From Camelus ferus (lineage: Eukaryota), in NCBI RefSeq assembly GCF_009834535.1, contig NC_045707.1:60948001-61012000 (forward strand): a DNA stretch of 64,000 nucleotides. Reading direction: 5' to 3'. The first letter of the stretch is position 1, and every line of letters starts with the position of its first letter. Positions 50,829-62,305 of the stretch are shown one piece after another. The translations under genes were made by a program, and so were the position numbers. The notes under the pieces are model-generated. The model ran no database searches. It was not told the DNA's origin and saw only the letters and a list, made by a program, of their open reading frames with translations.

Positions 50829-51752
50829 GGTTACAGATAAATGAGATTACAAGAGATTGGGTCCGTTAGGCGTTTGCAAAGACAGGGACCCGCGGAGGCC
50901 AGCCTGCTGTTTGGAGGGCTAAACTCTGCCTTGAAGTGTGAGTTCTCAGCACCGGACGTTCCCCAAATTTGTAGAGTTGAGTTACTGTTGTGAGCTATTG
51001 CAGGCTGTACGGATAGGTCAAGAAGGAAGCCAGAGAGCTTGTGTCCCGAGTGCAGATAGGTTAGTGCTTGCGCTTCTGGCTCGAGAAAAGGAAGGCAAGA
51101 TGCCACATCTGAAGTGGGTCATCTTCCTCTACCCGTTCCTGACAGGACAGACCGGACAGACGGTAGCGTTCTTGCTTAGATAAATCGTCCTCGCTGCTCC
51201 AAGAAAAGCTAGTTAGTGACTGTAAGCAAACGTGAGTGTAAAGATACCGTGTCCTCTGGGCCTTTGGGCACTGAGATGTTTACGTAGGGTCCTGGGGAGG
51301 CACTTCCGCGGGACTCCGCGGCTCGCGAGCCTCACCCCCAGCCTCCCGGCGCGCCCAGGCCAGGACGCGGGCTCTGCGGGGTCGGGGAGCCCAGTGCGAA
51401 TCCCCAGGGCTGGTTCCCGAGGCCAGAGAGCTCGGCGTTCCAGGCAGTGCCCGGTAGCCGTACCCACCCTCGCAGCCCCATCACTTTCTGAGGCTGTCAG
51501 CAGAGAGCCCCGCCGGGCCAGAGAGGCGGGACGGCTGGGGATGGCCTCTCTGCGCCCTCTGCGCGTCGGCATTCTTCGCCGGGCAGTTGGGGCGCCCTCC
51601 GCTGTGGCCCCGGGCGGAGGAGAGGAGTTTCCGGGGCTCCGGTCCCCGAAGCCATCCCGGCCGGGGAGGCGCGGAAGCGAGTGGGCGGCGAGAGGCGGAG
51701 CAAGGGCCGCGGGGGGCGTGGACGCAGCCGGCTTTGGAAAGGCCCCAAGTTA

Positions 51753-52304
51753 ATGAGGCGTGCGCCGGCGGCAGAGCGCCTTTCGGAGCTGGGCTTTCCC
51801 CCGCGGCGCGGGCGCCAAGAGCCGCCTTTTCCGCTGGGTGTCACTCGGGGGTGGGGAGGATGGCCCATTCAAAAGCGCCGCGAGGGGGCCCGGCCAGTGC
51901 CCTTCAGTGAGCGCTCGCAAGAGGACGGCAGAGGCCCGGCGTCTCGCAGCTCCGGGACCTTGTGGCGCATCAGGACGCGGCTGCCCTGCTGCCGGGACCC
52001 CGAGCCGCCGCCGTCGCTCTGCTTCCTGCGCGTTAGCCTCTTCTGCGCGCTCCGGCCGGGCGGCCTCGGGAGCCGCTGGGGCGAGGACGGCGCGCGGCTG
52101 CTGCTGCTGCCCCCGGCCCGGGCGGCTGGAAGTGGAGAGGCCGAGCCGAGCGGCGGCCCCCCCTATGCCGGGAGGATGTTGGAGAGCAGCGGCTGCAAGG
52201 CGCTGAAGGAGGGTGTGTTGGAGAAGCGCAGCGACGGGTTGCTGCAGCTCTGGAAGAAAAAGTGCTGCATCCTCACTGAGGAAGGGCTGCTGCTCATCCC
52301 GCCC

Positions 52305-52345
<41 letters not shown>

Positions 52346-52946
52346 CGGGCAGGGTCCGGTCGAGCCTCCCCAGCCTGGAGGCCCCGCTGTGGCCAGCCTC
52401 GAGCCGCCGGTCAAGCTCAAGGAACTGCACTTTTCCAACATGAAGACTGTGGACTGCGTGGAACGCAAGGGCAAGTACATGTACTTCACTGTAGTGATGG
52501 CCGAGGGCAAGGAGATCGACTTTCGGTGTCCGCAGGACCAGGGCTGGAACGCGGAGATCACGCTGCAGATGGTGCAGTACAAGAACCGGCAGGCCATCCT
52601 GGCGGTCAAGTCCACGCGGCAGAAGCAGCAGCACCTGGTGCAGCAGCAGCCCCCGCAGCCGCAACTTCAGCCTCAACCCCAAACCCAGCCTCAGCCTCAG
52701 CCCCCGTCCCAAGCCCAGCCGCAGCCTCAAACCAAGCCGCAGCCCCAACCCAAGCCCCAGCCTCAGCCTCAGCCCCAGCCCCAGCCCCAGCCGCAGCAGC
52801 TCCACCCGTATCCGCACCCGCATCCTCACTCGCACCCGCACCCGCACTCGCATCCGCACTCACACCCGCACCCGCACCCACACCAACAACCGCTCTCGCA
52901 GCCCCACGGCCACCGGCTTCTCCGCAGCACCTCCAACTCTGCCTGA
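51753..52946 (+). CDS. PHLDA1: PHLDA1 (TDAG51), pleckstrin homology-like domain family A member 1; 397 aa from ATG 51753, or 256 aa from ATG 52176
   Basis: [10 protein letters not shown]...[40 protein letters not shown], a split PH-like domain with polyQ, PQ and PH repeats, ending LLRSTSNSA. The ORF track start at 51681 is a GTG. Confidence 0.97.
52308..52343 (+). repeat. PHLDA1: Pure (CAG)12 coding repeat (polyQ)
   Basis: Read directly from the sequence. Confidence 0.95.
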
Positions 52947-52972
52947 AGAGGGCAGCACCCGGGCCAGACGAG

Positions 52973-53417
52973 GTAAGGTCCCGGCAACTCGGCTACCGAG
53001 GGCCGTTCGGAGGAGTGGGGCTCGCGGGGCGGGGTGGTGGGGAGTGTTAGGAGTAGGAAGCCGGTTCACGAGTTCGGCTCTGGGGTGGAAAAAGTAAGAC
53101 ATTAATCTAAGTTTCTGGGAGATAAAAAGAAGTGAAGCAAGCTGGAACCCGGAGAGGCCGGGCAGAGAGAGGAGGGTGGAGGGGACGCCTGGGGATCGCC
53201 CGCCCGCCCACGCCGACCCGCGCGTGTTCAGTGGTGCGCACCCAGCGACGCCGCTGGCCCTCTAAGTGTCACCAGCGCCACTTGACTGTGTCTGGGCACT
53301 CGGGGGAGCCACCCAGGTGTCTTTCTGAGCGCTCTTTGTCCGCCGGACAGGCCCAAAGAGAACTGGGTCTTGGAGGATTGTGAGCCACTTACTTCAATCC
53401 ATGTCATTTCTTTCCAG
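52973..53417 (+). other. PHLDA1: PHLDA1 3'UTR intron (445 nt)
   Basis: Donor GAG|GTAAGG 26 nt after the stop; acceptor catttctttccag; fits the known two-exon PHLDA structure. Confidence 0.88.
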
Positions 53418-55491
53418 GTTTTGAGGACTTGAGGAAGTGGGACGATCACCCTTCTATTGTCTTCACTTGGATTGAAAACAAGTCTCCCCGCCCCGCACCA
53501 GATCAAGTAGTTTGGACATAAACCGACTGATAACTTGAGATTCCGCTTCGTTTTCTGCATTCTCTTTCTTCATCACAATGCAGGAAATGATTTCGAGTCC
53601 AGAAGGCTTTATTTATGAACCTTTGAAAGGATCTTCCAGTATGGTGGACCTTCTAGGAGCGATCATGTACTGTAATTTTATTTTAATGTATTTTGATTTA
53701 TGATTATTTATTAGTTTTTTTTAAATGCTTATTCTAAGACATTTCTGAATGTAGGCCATTTTCCAAAAAAGAAACTTTATTTTCAAAAACCTATTCCGTA
53801 GTAAGTTCTAATCTTGGAAAAGAAGGAAGTAAAAGGGTGGTGGAGGGGAATACATTAAGAATCCATTCGTTATTCCTAGGGCATTTTCAGAAGGTCTGAC
53901 GCTTCATTGTTGTACCAGGTGATTGAAATTAAACTCTGTGATATTACTTTTTTTTTGAGACTTTTTTTCTTAGACATATATTTTGTGTAGAATAGAAGCT
54001 TAAAGAACCTAAACGTTCAGAATTGTGTAATTATAAAAATCTAATTGTTTTTCTGAAAGGAAATCAGTAGTAATGATATCTAATTCAAATATTTAAAACA
54101 TAACCCAACTGTTGGCAAAATGATCATATCCTGAATATATGGGAGGGCTAGGTCTGCTGTGGGAAAGGCCTTGGTTAGCTCATCTATGTGGGAAGGGTTT
54201 AATAAGGAGTTTTCAGTGATTTCTGAGTATAAATGCATCAGGAGTTTCATTTCAAAAAACATAGTGGGGGGGAAAGAATTACTGCAAATACTGAGAGAAC
54301 ATTTGTGCTCTTATCCACAACGGAGATGACCCTTCTTCAAGAGCTTTGTACATTTGCTGTGAACCACATTTTCTGATCCTTGTACTTTGTTCTAGAAGCA
54401 TATTCTAGAATCTCCTAGATTGAAATACAGTTTGTAAATATTTCAAAGGACTTGAAGTCATAGATTTTTGTTTTTATCCTGAGATCAACATTGATCAGAG
54501 ACACCAATGGTTTTGCTTTTTATTGCTCTTTGAGAAATCCAAGGGTTATATGTTTTGTTGTTAGGTTAGCTAAACTCGGAAATTGAAAAAGGAAGGACTG
54601 GATAAACAGTGGATTTGCAGTAAGAAAACAACCCCAGTCTTGTTTTAGCAGCTACTTGTTCAGGAGTCTGGGGAGGTTGGGGGGAGCGGGCGGGGTGGGG
54701 GAGAAGAGGATGTGCTTTTAAAGGTAGAACAAACACTCTTCTGTGCTAAATCAAAAGGATGGTCAAAATCCACAAAGGCAGATGCTACTTAAGTTTAAAA
54801 AGAGCCATAGATGCTACCAAATCCTCTTGGGGCTGAAAATCACTTCCTATCTGCACGGCTTGACTAACGGGTCTCTGTTTTCCATTATCTTCTTCGCAAA
54901 GTCTTGATCAGTATTTTTCCAGCTTCCAAATTGGAATGGTCAGTATGAAGCCACTGCTAAGTTCTACAGTTGAGAAACGAAAATAGAATTTCATGCTAGA
55001 GATGTCTTTATTCACCTTCCATCTAAAAAGGAGTTTCAAGGTCAAATTAACTTTTCAGTGCAGTATTTAAATGATAATTTGAGATCATAACTTGAATCCA
55101 AAAAGTGGCAGAGGATAATAAAATTCAGGCAAATGGCAAGCAAGACTTAAGCGGACCCCCACTTTCAGAGGCTGACTTGCAGTTATATATATATATGCAT
55201 ATATGTGTATATATGGCAGGAGTTCTTAAGTCAAGTTTGGTTTGACTTCTTTGGAAGTACAGCTGTACTTTTTAATAGTGCCTCTTTGTACTGTTGTTTT
55301 AATGTATGTGGGTCATATAAGCCCAACTAAACCACAGCTTTTTTTTTCCAGATGGAAGGATTTTTCTTTCAAATTCTTGAGTGATAAAGTAAAATCCGTA
55401 CCAAATACTTTTAAAATTAAGATTCATGGATGCTTTTAAAGGCATTTGTATGTTGTTATCTTACATACAGTCTAGGTAGCATTGTCCAAAA

Positions 55492-55575
55492 AATATATAT
55501 ATATATTATATATATATACACATATAATATATATATACACATATAAAATTTATATACATACATATATATATATAT
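55492..55575. repeat. Imperfect (TA)n/(CA) repeat in the PHLDA1 3'UTR
   Basis: Read directly from the sequence. Confidence 0.9.
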
Positions 55576-56119
55576 GCACCCAGGCTCCCTCCTGGCTGCT
55601 GGAATTTTTTCTTTCTCACAATGGCCATGGGTCTTAATGGCCACCAGAATCATGGTTCCTTATCTCATCTTTCCACAGCCCTTATCCTTGCTCTGCTGTG
55701 ATATTTACATTGAATTGACCATCTTCCTGGCTCAATAGTCTGAACCCTTTTTAGAATCCAACAGTGAAACCTCAGAAATTAGAAAGGAGAGGAGTAGGAT
55801 GGTTTTTGTTGTTTAACACTTAATATAGTTTAATAATTTTTCCAGAACAACAAAAAAAAATGAGTATGCTTAACACTACTCAACAGAAATACGAAAGCAA
55901 ATCGTTTAATGTGTCGGTGGCTTGATTTTACCTGTAAGAAAATGATACAAACCACCTAAGGTGTTATGAGGCCTGACAACTCACCTTCATGGAGAAAGGT
56001 AAAAATACTTCTTTCAACCCAAGAAAGGGAAGAGGGAAAGGGCAGGTCCAATGGAAAACCCACCCCTTAAATAAACATAAAATGGAAAAAGTTGGAAAAT
56101 GAATGTCCCATCTGGAAAC

Positions 56120-56210
56120 GGAACATTTTGTCTTTGAACTTGTGTTGGCACCAAGCCTCATACACAGTGAGCTCAATAAGTATTTGTTGGGACGAATGAA
56201 TGAAAGAAGG
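56120..56210 (+). mobile_element. L2 3' terminus within the PHLDA1 3'UTR
   Basis: cacagtgagctcaataagtatttgttgggacgaatgaatgaa. Confidence 0.6.
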
Positions 56211-58349
56211 AAAAAATGTCTAACTCCCAGCACCCAGGAGGTGGTTTCTCTTGCCTCACACAGTGCTTCCTTTACTGGCTCTCATGCCTTTCCTTGAGAA
56301 CAGCTAATCCTGGGACAGGCCGTGCATCGTGACGAAATTCCCTGGACATAAACTTCCTTAGCAGAAATCCACGCAGATCTGCGTATGCCCTACAGGGAGT
56401 GCTGAGGTCAGAGAGTAAGTGGTGATAAAGGGCCCTTTCACAATGGACATGTCCCTCATAGAGGAACAGGGATTCTCTCATCATGCAGAAATCAAACCAA
56501 CTTTATATTTCTTTTCACATATTTTTTCAATGGAGGCAAAAAAAAAAAAAAAAGCCAACTCTTTGCTGAAAAGAGTTCCTCTTACACGTAAACACTGTTA
56601 GGAACTCCGGATTAAGTTGAGAGATCTGTTTTAATTTTTTTTGCTCTTATATACCAAACACTCTATTTCTTTTTAAAGGCTCCTTATTTTAAATTCGACA
56701 CTATATGAGTTTGTTGCCAGTGTGGGAGTTCAAACACATCACTTGTTTTCTGTCCCCAGGGAAGGTGACTTGGCTTTAGCTTGGATCCAGGTGTGTACAA
56801 TGTCATGTTCAGTGGCAGATTTGGAAGACAGCTTTAAGACTTGAATGCAACTGGAGGAGGATGGGCCTGTGAGCATTCATTCTTCTCTTTTTTTTTTGGA
56901 AATGTCAAATGCATTGGTTTTTTGCTTTACCAATAAAATGCCCTCAGCAGAAGAAAACTTAAATTTGGGAATTATAGAGCTTGTTATTGAATCCATCAGT
57001 GATTCTTTCAAGAGAAATACACCTGCTTACCTAAAGTAACCTAAGATGTGTTAATTGTGGAATCGCTTTGGATGGGTTTTCAGCAACTATTTTGTAAATT
57101 CTTGACACAGTTTAAAGGGGGAATTTTGATCTGCAGTGCTGAACAGCCAATCTAGATTTATATAAGATTGGATGACAATGTGATTGCGAGTTTGTTGGCA
57201 GGACGTCTGCCAAATGAAGTATAGGATTCAGAGTTTCTTAGAAAGGGCCTTATTGTCCAGTGAAGGAAGCAGAGGACTGCGGACCATTAGAAGCAGCTGC
57301 CTAGAATTTGCATAAAAACTCCTACCTGCTCTGAAGCTGGCCTGCTGGTGATCATCTGGGTGGTAGGGAAGCAGATTTTAACAACAGGTGGTCCTTCCAG
57401 ATCACTGTATTTATTTTGAGAAGAAAGATAAAATGACTGTTTGTTACATTTGCCTGTCCACCTTCTGCTTAGAGTTTCAGAATATGCAAGTGCCAGGTTT
57501 GAAAAGCTAGTATCACCATGTACTGAATGCTTTGCAAACTATCATGTTGGTGAACTTAACGGTGTGGTCATAATTTGTGTAAATATGTCTCTTAAATGAT
57601 TCTGGAGAGATGTGATTTATTTTTCACATTTTCAAAATGCATTCCATTTCAAATAAAGTATCTGTGGAGATGACTGACCTGTGGACCTGGTGAAGGCCCT
57701 GTTCCGCCAGAACATACACTATGTGTTCCTGTGGGAAAAGGGTTCAAAAGGGCTTGGCCATTATAAGGGCCATGACCATTCTGGGAAGAAAAAGACCATT
57801 TTTTGAAGTTGGAAATTCATTTTAAAAAATTACCTGGGCATTTAGAATATAGCACATAGAAGTTCACTCAGTTTTTTTGGTGAAATAATTATTGCTTCTG
57901 GAATGCTAATGAATTTGAGTTGAATTTTTCCATAGTGCCCAGAGGACAAGGACTGGTCCCTAGTGAGTTAGCTTGGAGCAATTCCCTCTTGAGTCCCAGA
58001 GGGATGTGAGTCTTCCTTGGTCCCTTGAGAGGGTGAAGCCTTGACTGTAAGAGAATCATCTTCCAAACAGGTGTCTAAAAAGCTTCCTGTTTTTTGTCTA
58101 GAGCAGGAGACTTGATTCTTTAAAGGAAAATAGCATGACTTTGCTCTCCAAGGGCATCGAAAAGTCTTTAAATCTCAGAAGACTTTAAAATAGGCAGTTT
58201 TTATCTCAGCCTAGTCTTACATTGACATTTTATTCCTCCACCATTTTTTGCTTTGTTTTGAAAGAAATGAAATTTGAGAAGACAAACTACTGCCATTGTG
58301 AGGGAACTTCAGAGGAACAGTGTGAAATAAATATATGGGTAGGTGGTAA

Positions 58350-58570
58350 CGTAGGGTTAGTAATAGCCAGGATTTGTGAGTATTTGTGTGTACATGGGTT
58401 CAAGTCCCAGTTCCACCACTTACAGGCTGTGTAGACTTTGAGTGATTTAAGCTCTTGGAAACTCAATTTCCTTCTCTGTAAAAGAGAGTTAATAAAGGTA
58501 CCCACCTTCTGGTTATTGAGAAGATTTAATAAGTTAGTGCATGTAAAAGCGCTTAGAACAGGACCTGAGA
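58350..58570 (+). mobile_element. MIR SINE
   Basis: gggttcaagtcccagttccaccactta...ctcaatttccttctctgtaaaa...catgtaaaagcgcttagaacag. Confidence 0.8.
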
Positions 58571-58859
58571 TTACTATGAAAGGAAACTCCCATGAGTTAA
58601 GGCAGATAAGCAGGTTTGGGAATCATTATAACTATATGAATATATAACATATGGTGTTGTAAAGCTATGAATTGTATTTTCTGAGACCTCAGCACTTCTT
58701 TTAAATGGTAAGAACGGTCTGGTGGCAACATCCTTGTTTTTTTTTTAAAAAGCCATTATTTATAACATTACTATTTTCATTTGCTTGTCACTTTTCAGTC
58801 TTGGTTCACAGGCTTATGCATTTTAAGTGAGTTACACTTGAAATACTCATATCTGTGTC

Positions 58860-59333
58860 TGTAGAGGATGCTGTGGTGCTCCGCCCAGATTGCCACTTCA
58901 GGACAGAGAGGGTACTCAGTCCCCAGGTTTGGGACTGTTGGCAGCTGTCGTACTGTCAGTGAGCCCTATCCTTGGAATTGTCCTCGGCTTTGTCTCAGGG
59001 AGAGCCCCCTTGCCCTAGGACACAGCCCCTCCTTGGAGGTGGCTCTCATCCAGTGATTGGTCTGTGGGGAGTGGATATAGACCAGGCTCTGTTATCTCCA
59101 GTCAGGACAACGTAAAGGGCCACCCCAGCTCCAGCATCCCGTGTAGAATTGGCTGAGGCCCGTCTCAACAGTGAGTTGGCTTTGTAGTTCAACTCTCCTT
59201 CTCCCCAATCCTGTTTCCTTCGCTCCTTCACGGGAGAGGTTCCCAAGAACGATTCCCCTTCCTCCCCTCTAAACCTCCTGCAGTCAAATCTCAGAGTCTC
59301 AGAACCTGTTTCTCAGGGAATCTTGTCTACAAC
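58860..59333 (+). mobile_element. ERVL solo LTR (LTR16-like)
   Basis: Starts TGTAGAGGATGCTGTGGTGCTCCGCCCAGAT; contains catccagtgattggtc and gaattggctgaggcc; ends aaacctcctgca...tctgtttctcagggaa-like sequence. Confidence 0.8.
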
Positions 59334-59334
59334 C

Positions 59335-59360
59335 GTGTGTGTGTGTGTGTGTGTGTGTGT
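59335..59360. repeat. (GT)13 microsatellite
   Basis: Read directly from the sequence. Confidence 0.95.
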
Positions 59361-59442
59361 TTCTACCGCCACGTTTCTGTAGGAAGCCTGGTGATGTTGG
59401 AAGGGGGACCTATAACATAATGATTAAGCTTATGCTTTAGAG

Positions 59443-59632
59443 TAGTTGCTCTCAACCTGGACCAATTTCCTCTCTCAGGAGACATTTGACAATGTTTGGA
59501 GACATTTTTGGTTTTCACAACCGGTGGTAAAGGTCAGGGATGCTTCTAAACATCTGCAGTGCACGGGACAGTCCTCCATAACAAAGAATTATCCAGCCCA
59601 AAATGTTAATAGTGGATGGTTGAGAAACCCTG
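59443..59632. mobile_element. MER20 hAT MITE (internally deleted)
   Basis: ggagacatttttggttttcacaac...acaaagaattatccagcccaaaatgttaatagt...ggttgagaaaccctg; perfect 8-bp TSD CTTTAGAG (59435-59442 and 59633-59640). Confidence 0.9.
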
Positions 59633-61099
59633 CTTTAGAGTCAGAAAGTCTTTATCTTACTGAGTTCCATTGGGAAAGTGATTTAGTTTATTTTAGCCTT
59701 GGTTTTCATGTGTGAAATGCAGGTGATGATTGTACCTGTCTCATGGAGTTGTGAACCCCAAATTAGTTCACATAATGAGCTGTGTCACTGTTCCTGTCAC
59801 AGATTAAGCATTCAGTACATGGTGGCTATCACCATCATTATTATTATTTAAAGTCATAATTTTAATGAGAGTGTAATATCCCACTGAGTGGATGTACTGT
59901 TTCATTCGTTTGCCTGTTGTCATCTTTTTGCTGTTATCAGTCCTCCTGCCATACGTATCTTCATGCATACATCGTATCAAAAAGAGCATGGACTTGGATT
60001 CTAATTCTGACTCTGTTTGGTCTTGTGATATTAGGCAGCTCACTTAATCTCTGAGCTCTAGTCTGCGCATTTGTAAGTGGGAACAACAGCCCTGCCCTCA
60101 AGGAGCTATTGTAGACATACGTACACTGAAGTGGCAGTGAAATCTACATGAGTTCAAGTCCTAGAGCCACCATTTAACCACTTGACTTACAGTGAAGCCT
60201 TATGTAAATGAAAACATTATTATCTGGATACCATTTTAAGAGGGGTTAGATATTATATCTATATATTTATTGTACCTATGTATCTGTATATCAATATAGA
60301 TCTATGTGCATCTAATACACATGTGCATTTTCCAATCCAAATAATTTGGACTTAAAAAATAGGATGTGATCACAACTAAAAGAATAGAGTCAAGTAATCC
60401 CTAGTTTTTTGGAGAACTTGAGCCAACTTTATATTCATATTTAAGTGGAAGGAATCATATGAACACAATATTGCAACTGTCTAGAATTATTGACACAGGA
60501 AAACCTGAGTGACAGACCCACTAGCCATATAAATCTACTCAGCAAGGCGTTCTTTCTTGCTTTGTTTCTTTCTCAAAGATCCTGTTGGAAGCACTCAACA
60601 CATAGAAAGGCAATACATGTCATGGTGTGGGTGTCCTTGACCCCTGCACCTACTTGCCTACAAAGTGAAGTTGAGTTATCAAAGATGGTGCAGGTTGGGG
60701 CCAGAGGACTTCGGAGATTTAGGTGATCTGGGGTGGGCTGTTGATGTAGGCAGGTTTTCTTGGTCTGAGGGTTGTTCTGAATCTGGTTTTATTTTGAAGG
60801 GATTGTTAGAACCTGAGGACAGAGAGGACCACTTTTTTACCCCTTGATACAGAGTCCCAGTTGACTGCTCTGAGACAGAGTCATCATGGGAGTGACTTGC
60901 TCTCTGCCAGACATTCACCTAAAGCTTTGGAGGATTAGTTAGACGCCGGAAACGAGAACTTGAAAAATTAGTTGACGTGGTTGTGTTGCAAACTCTCAAA
61001 CCCTGCCAAAGTCATTTCTGATGGAGTGCTTTAAGACCAGACATCCTGTGCTTCTGAAGCCACTGATAAGTAAGTGTTCAACTATTATACAGAAGGGAA

Positions 61100-61315
61100 C
61101 AGGAAATGACTCTGGAGGAGATTCAAAGTTTTAATTATGTCACTGTCCTGAAGCTGGTAGTTCATACAGTTCAGTTCCTACTGAAGCTGACAGTTCATTT
61201 ATTTTGCAAGTATTTTGAACTTTGCTGTAGCAAATTCTACTGAGTGGTGAGGCTTACTCTGTCAGGGCTGACTCATCACCTCAAAAGAGCAGACTGGCTT
61301 TGTGAGTCATCACAG
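61100..61315. promoter_or_regulatory. Candidate enhancer downstream of PHLDA1 (DR3 plus two AP-1 sites)
   Basis: AGTTCA-tac-AGTTCA 61159-61173; TGACTCA 61269-61275; TGAGTCA 61303-61309; AGGAAATGACTC 61101-61112. Motif evidence only. Confidence 0.5.
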
Positions 61316-62139
61316 TCAAAGAGGCCAAACATGTAACAGTTTTAGGCATACTCTCTTTCTAGTTTTTAGCTGCTGAAGGGATGTTCATTTCTACAAAGCT
61401 TGGCTGAAGTTTTTAAACATGTATTTTTAAACATATATTTTAAAGTTGCCTTTAAAGATGCTTCCGAGTAACCCCAAGTATACATAGATCTGTGTGAGCA
61501 GACATCTACGTGTATATATACATATATATGCATATACATGGCTCACGAAGGTGGGTTGGTCCTTTTTTGTTGTCGTTGTGGAGCTTGATGTCAAAGGATT
61601 AGAAACTTCACTGAGCAGAGCTGGCTGCCCCAGAGCTTTGAGCAGCCTGCTTTGAGGGTCAGTCCCGCCCCGCCCTGCCTACACCTCTATTACAAAGCAG
61701 TGGTCTGCGGTGGTGCCAGATCCCCTTTATAATTTCCTGTCGCCCAGTTTCAGCACCACCCCTGGAGGGAATGGCTCCAGTCCCAGCGGGAGAACAATTC
61801 AGGAACTTACTCTTTAGTTTCTTTACAGTAAAGGAGACTCTTAAGGTCGATAACAGTGTATGAGTTGTGTTTGTAGGTGTGAGAGTGAATCTGAGTCTTG
61901 CCACAATGCACTGGCTCATTGTAGAGTAATTGTAATTATTGTCAGGGGTTCTAATTAAAATCCCAGATACCTGGAAAAAGTGCCTACTGAGAGGCCTGAC
62001 CTGTGTGGCTCCCTCAGCAGCTTGTGGACCCTGGTTTGTATTTGCTTTCTCTACTACGGTAGGCAATAATCCCTTTTCTCTAATTCTGTACAAATGGTGA
62101 GTGGAGATCAGAGCTGAAAATAGAATTTTAGGAGTTTAG

Positions 62140-62305
62140 ACAAGGTCTCATTTAACCTTTCTCTTTTTACAGAGAGAAAAATAAAGCTAGAGGGGCCAGT
62201 GGCCTTCCCCAGGGTCATATAGCCAACGAAAGTCAAATACAGGATTAGAAGCTGAATGCCAGCTCCCTTGGTTCTTAATGAATGCTGTTTCCACTGTAAC
62301 ACCAC
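62140..62305 (-). mobile_element. MIR SINE
   Basis: tctcatttaacc...ttttacagagagaaaaataaagctagagggg...ttccccagggtcatatagc. Confidence 0.6.

Larger units (their letters stand above)
51190..53350. promoter_or_regulatory. PHLDA1: CpG island covering the PHLDA1 promoter, exon 1 and part of the intron
   Basis: High GC and CpG density; ETS-type CACTTCCG at 51301-51308; GC boxes. Confidence 0.9.
53418..57675 (+). other. PHLDA1: PHLDA1 exon 2 (3'UTR)
   Basis: AU-rich; AATAAA 57652-57657 is the likely terminal signal, with others at 56070 and 56932; cleavage site estimated. Confidence 0.7.

Noticed and set aside
51681..51752. ORF-track N-terminal extension of PHLDA1 (421 aa)
   Set aside because: It starts at GTG; the recognised protein begins at ATG 51753 or 52176.
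51750..52859. 369-aa antisense ORF over PHLDA1 (poly-L, RL/RV repeats)
   Set aside because: It is exactly codon-aligned with the sense frame, so it stays open only because the GC-rich CDS avoids TTA, CTA and TCA codons. The product is a low-complexity mirror of the Q/P/H repeats.
61659..62093. 144-aa minus-strand ORF
   Set aside because: Non-ATG start, no recognisable homology and no supporting splice structure.
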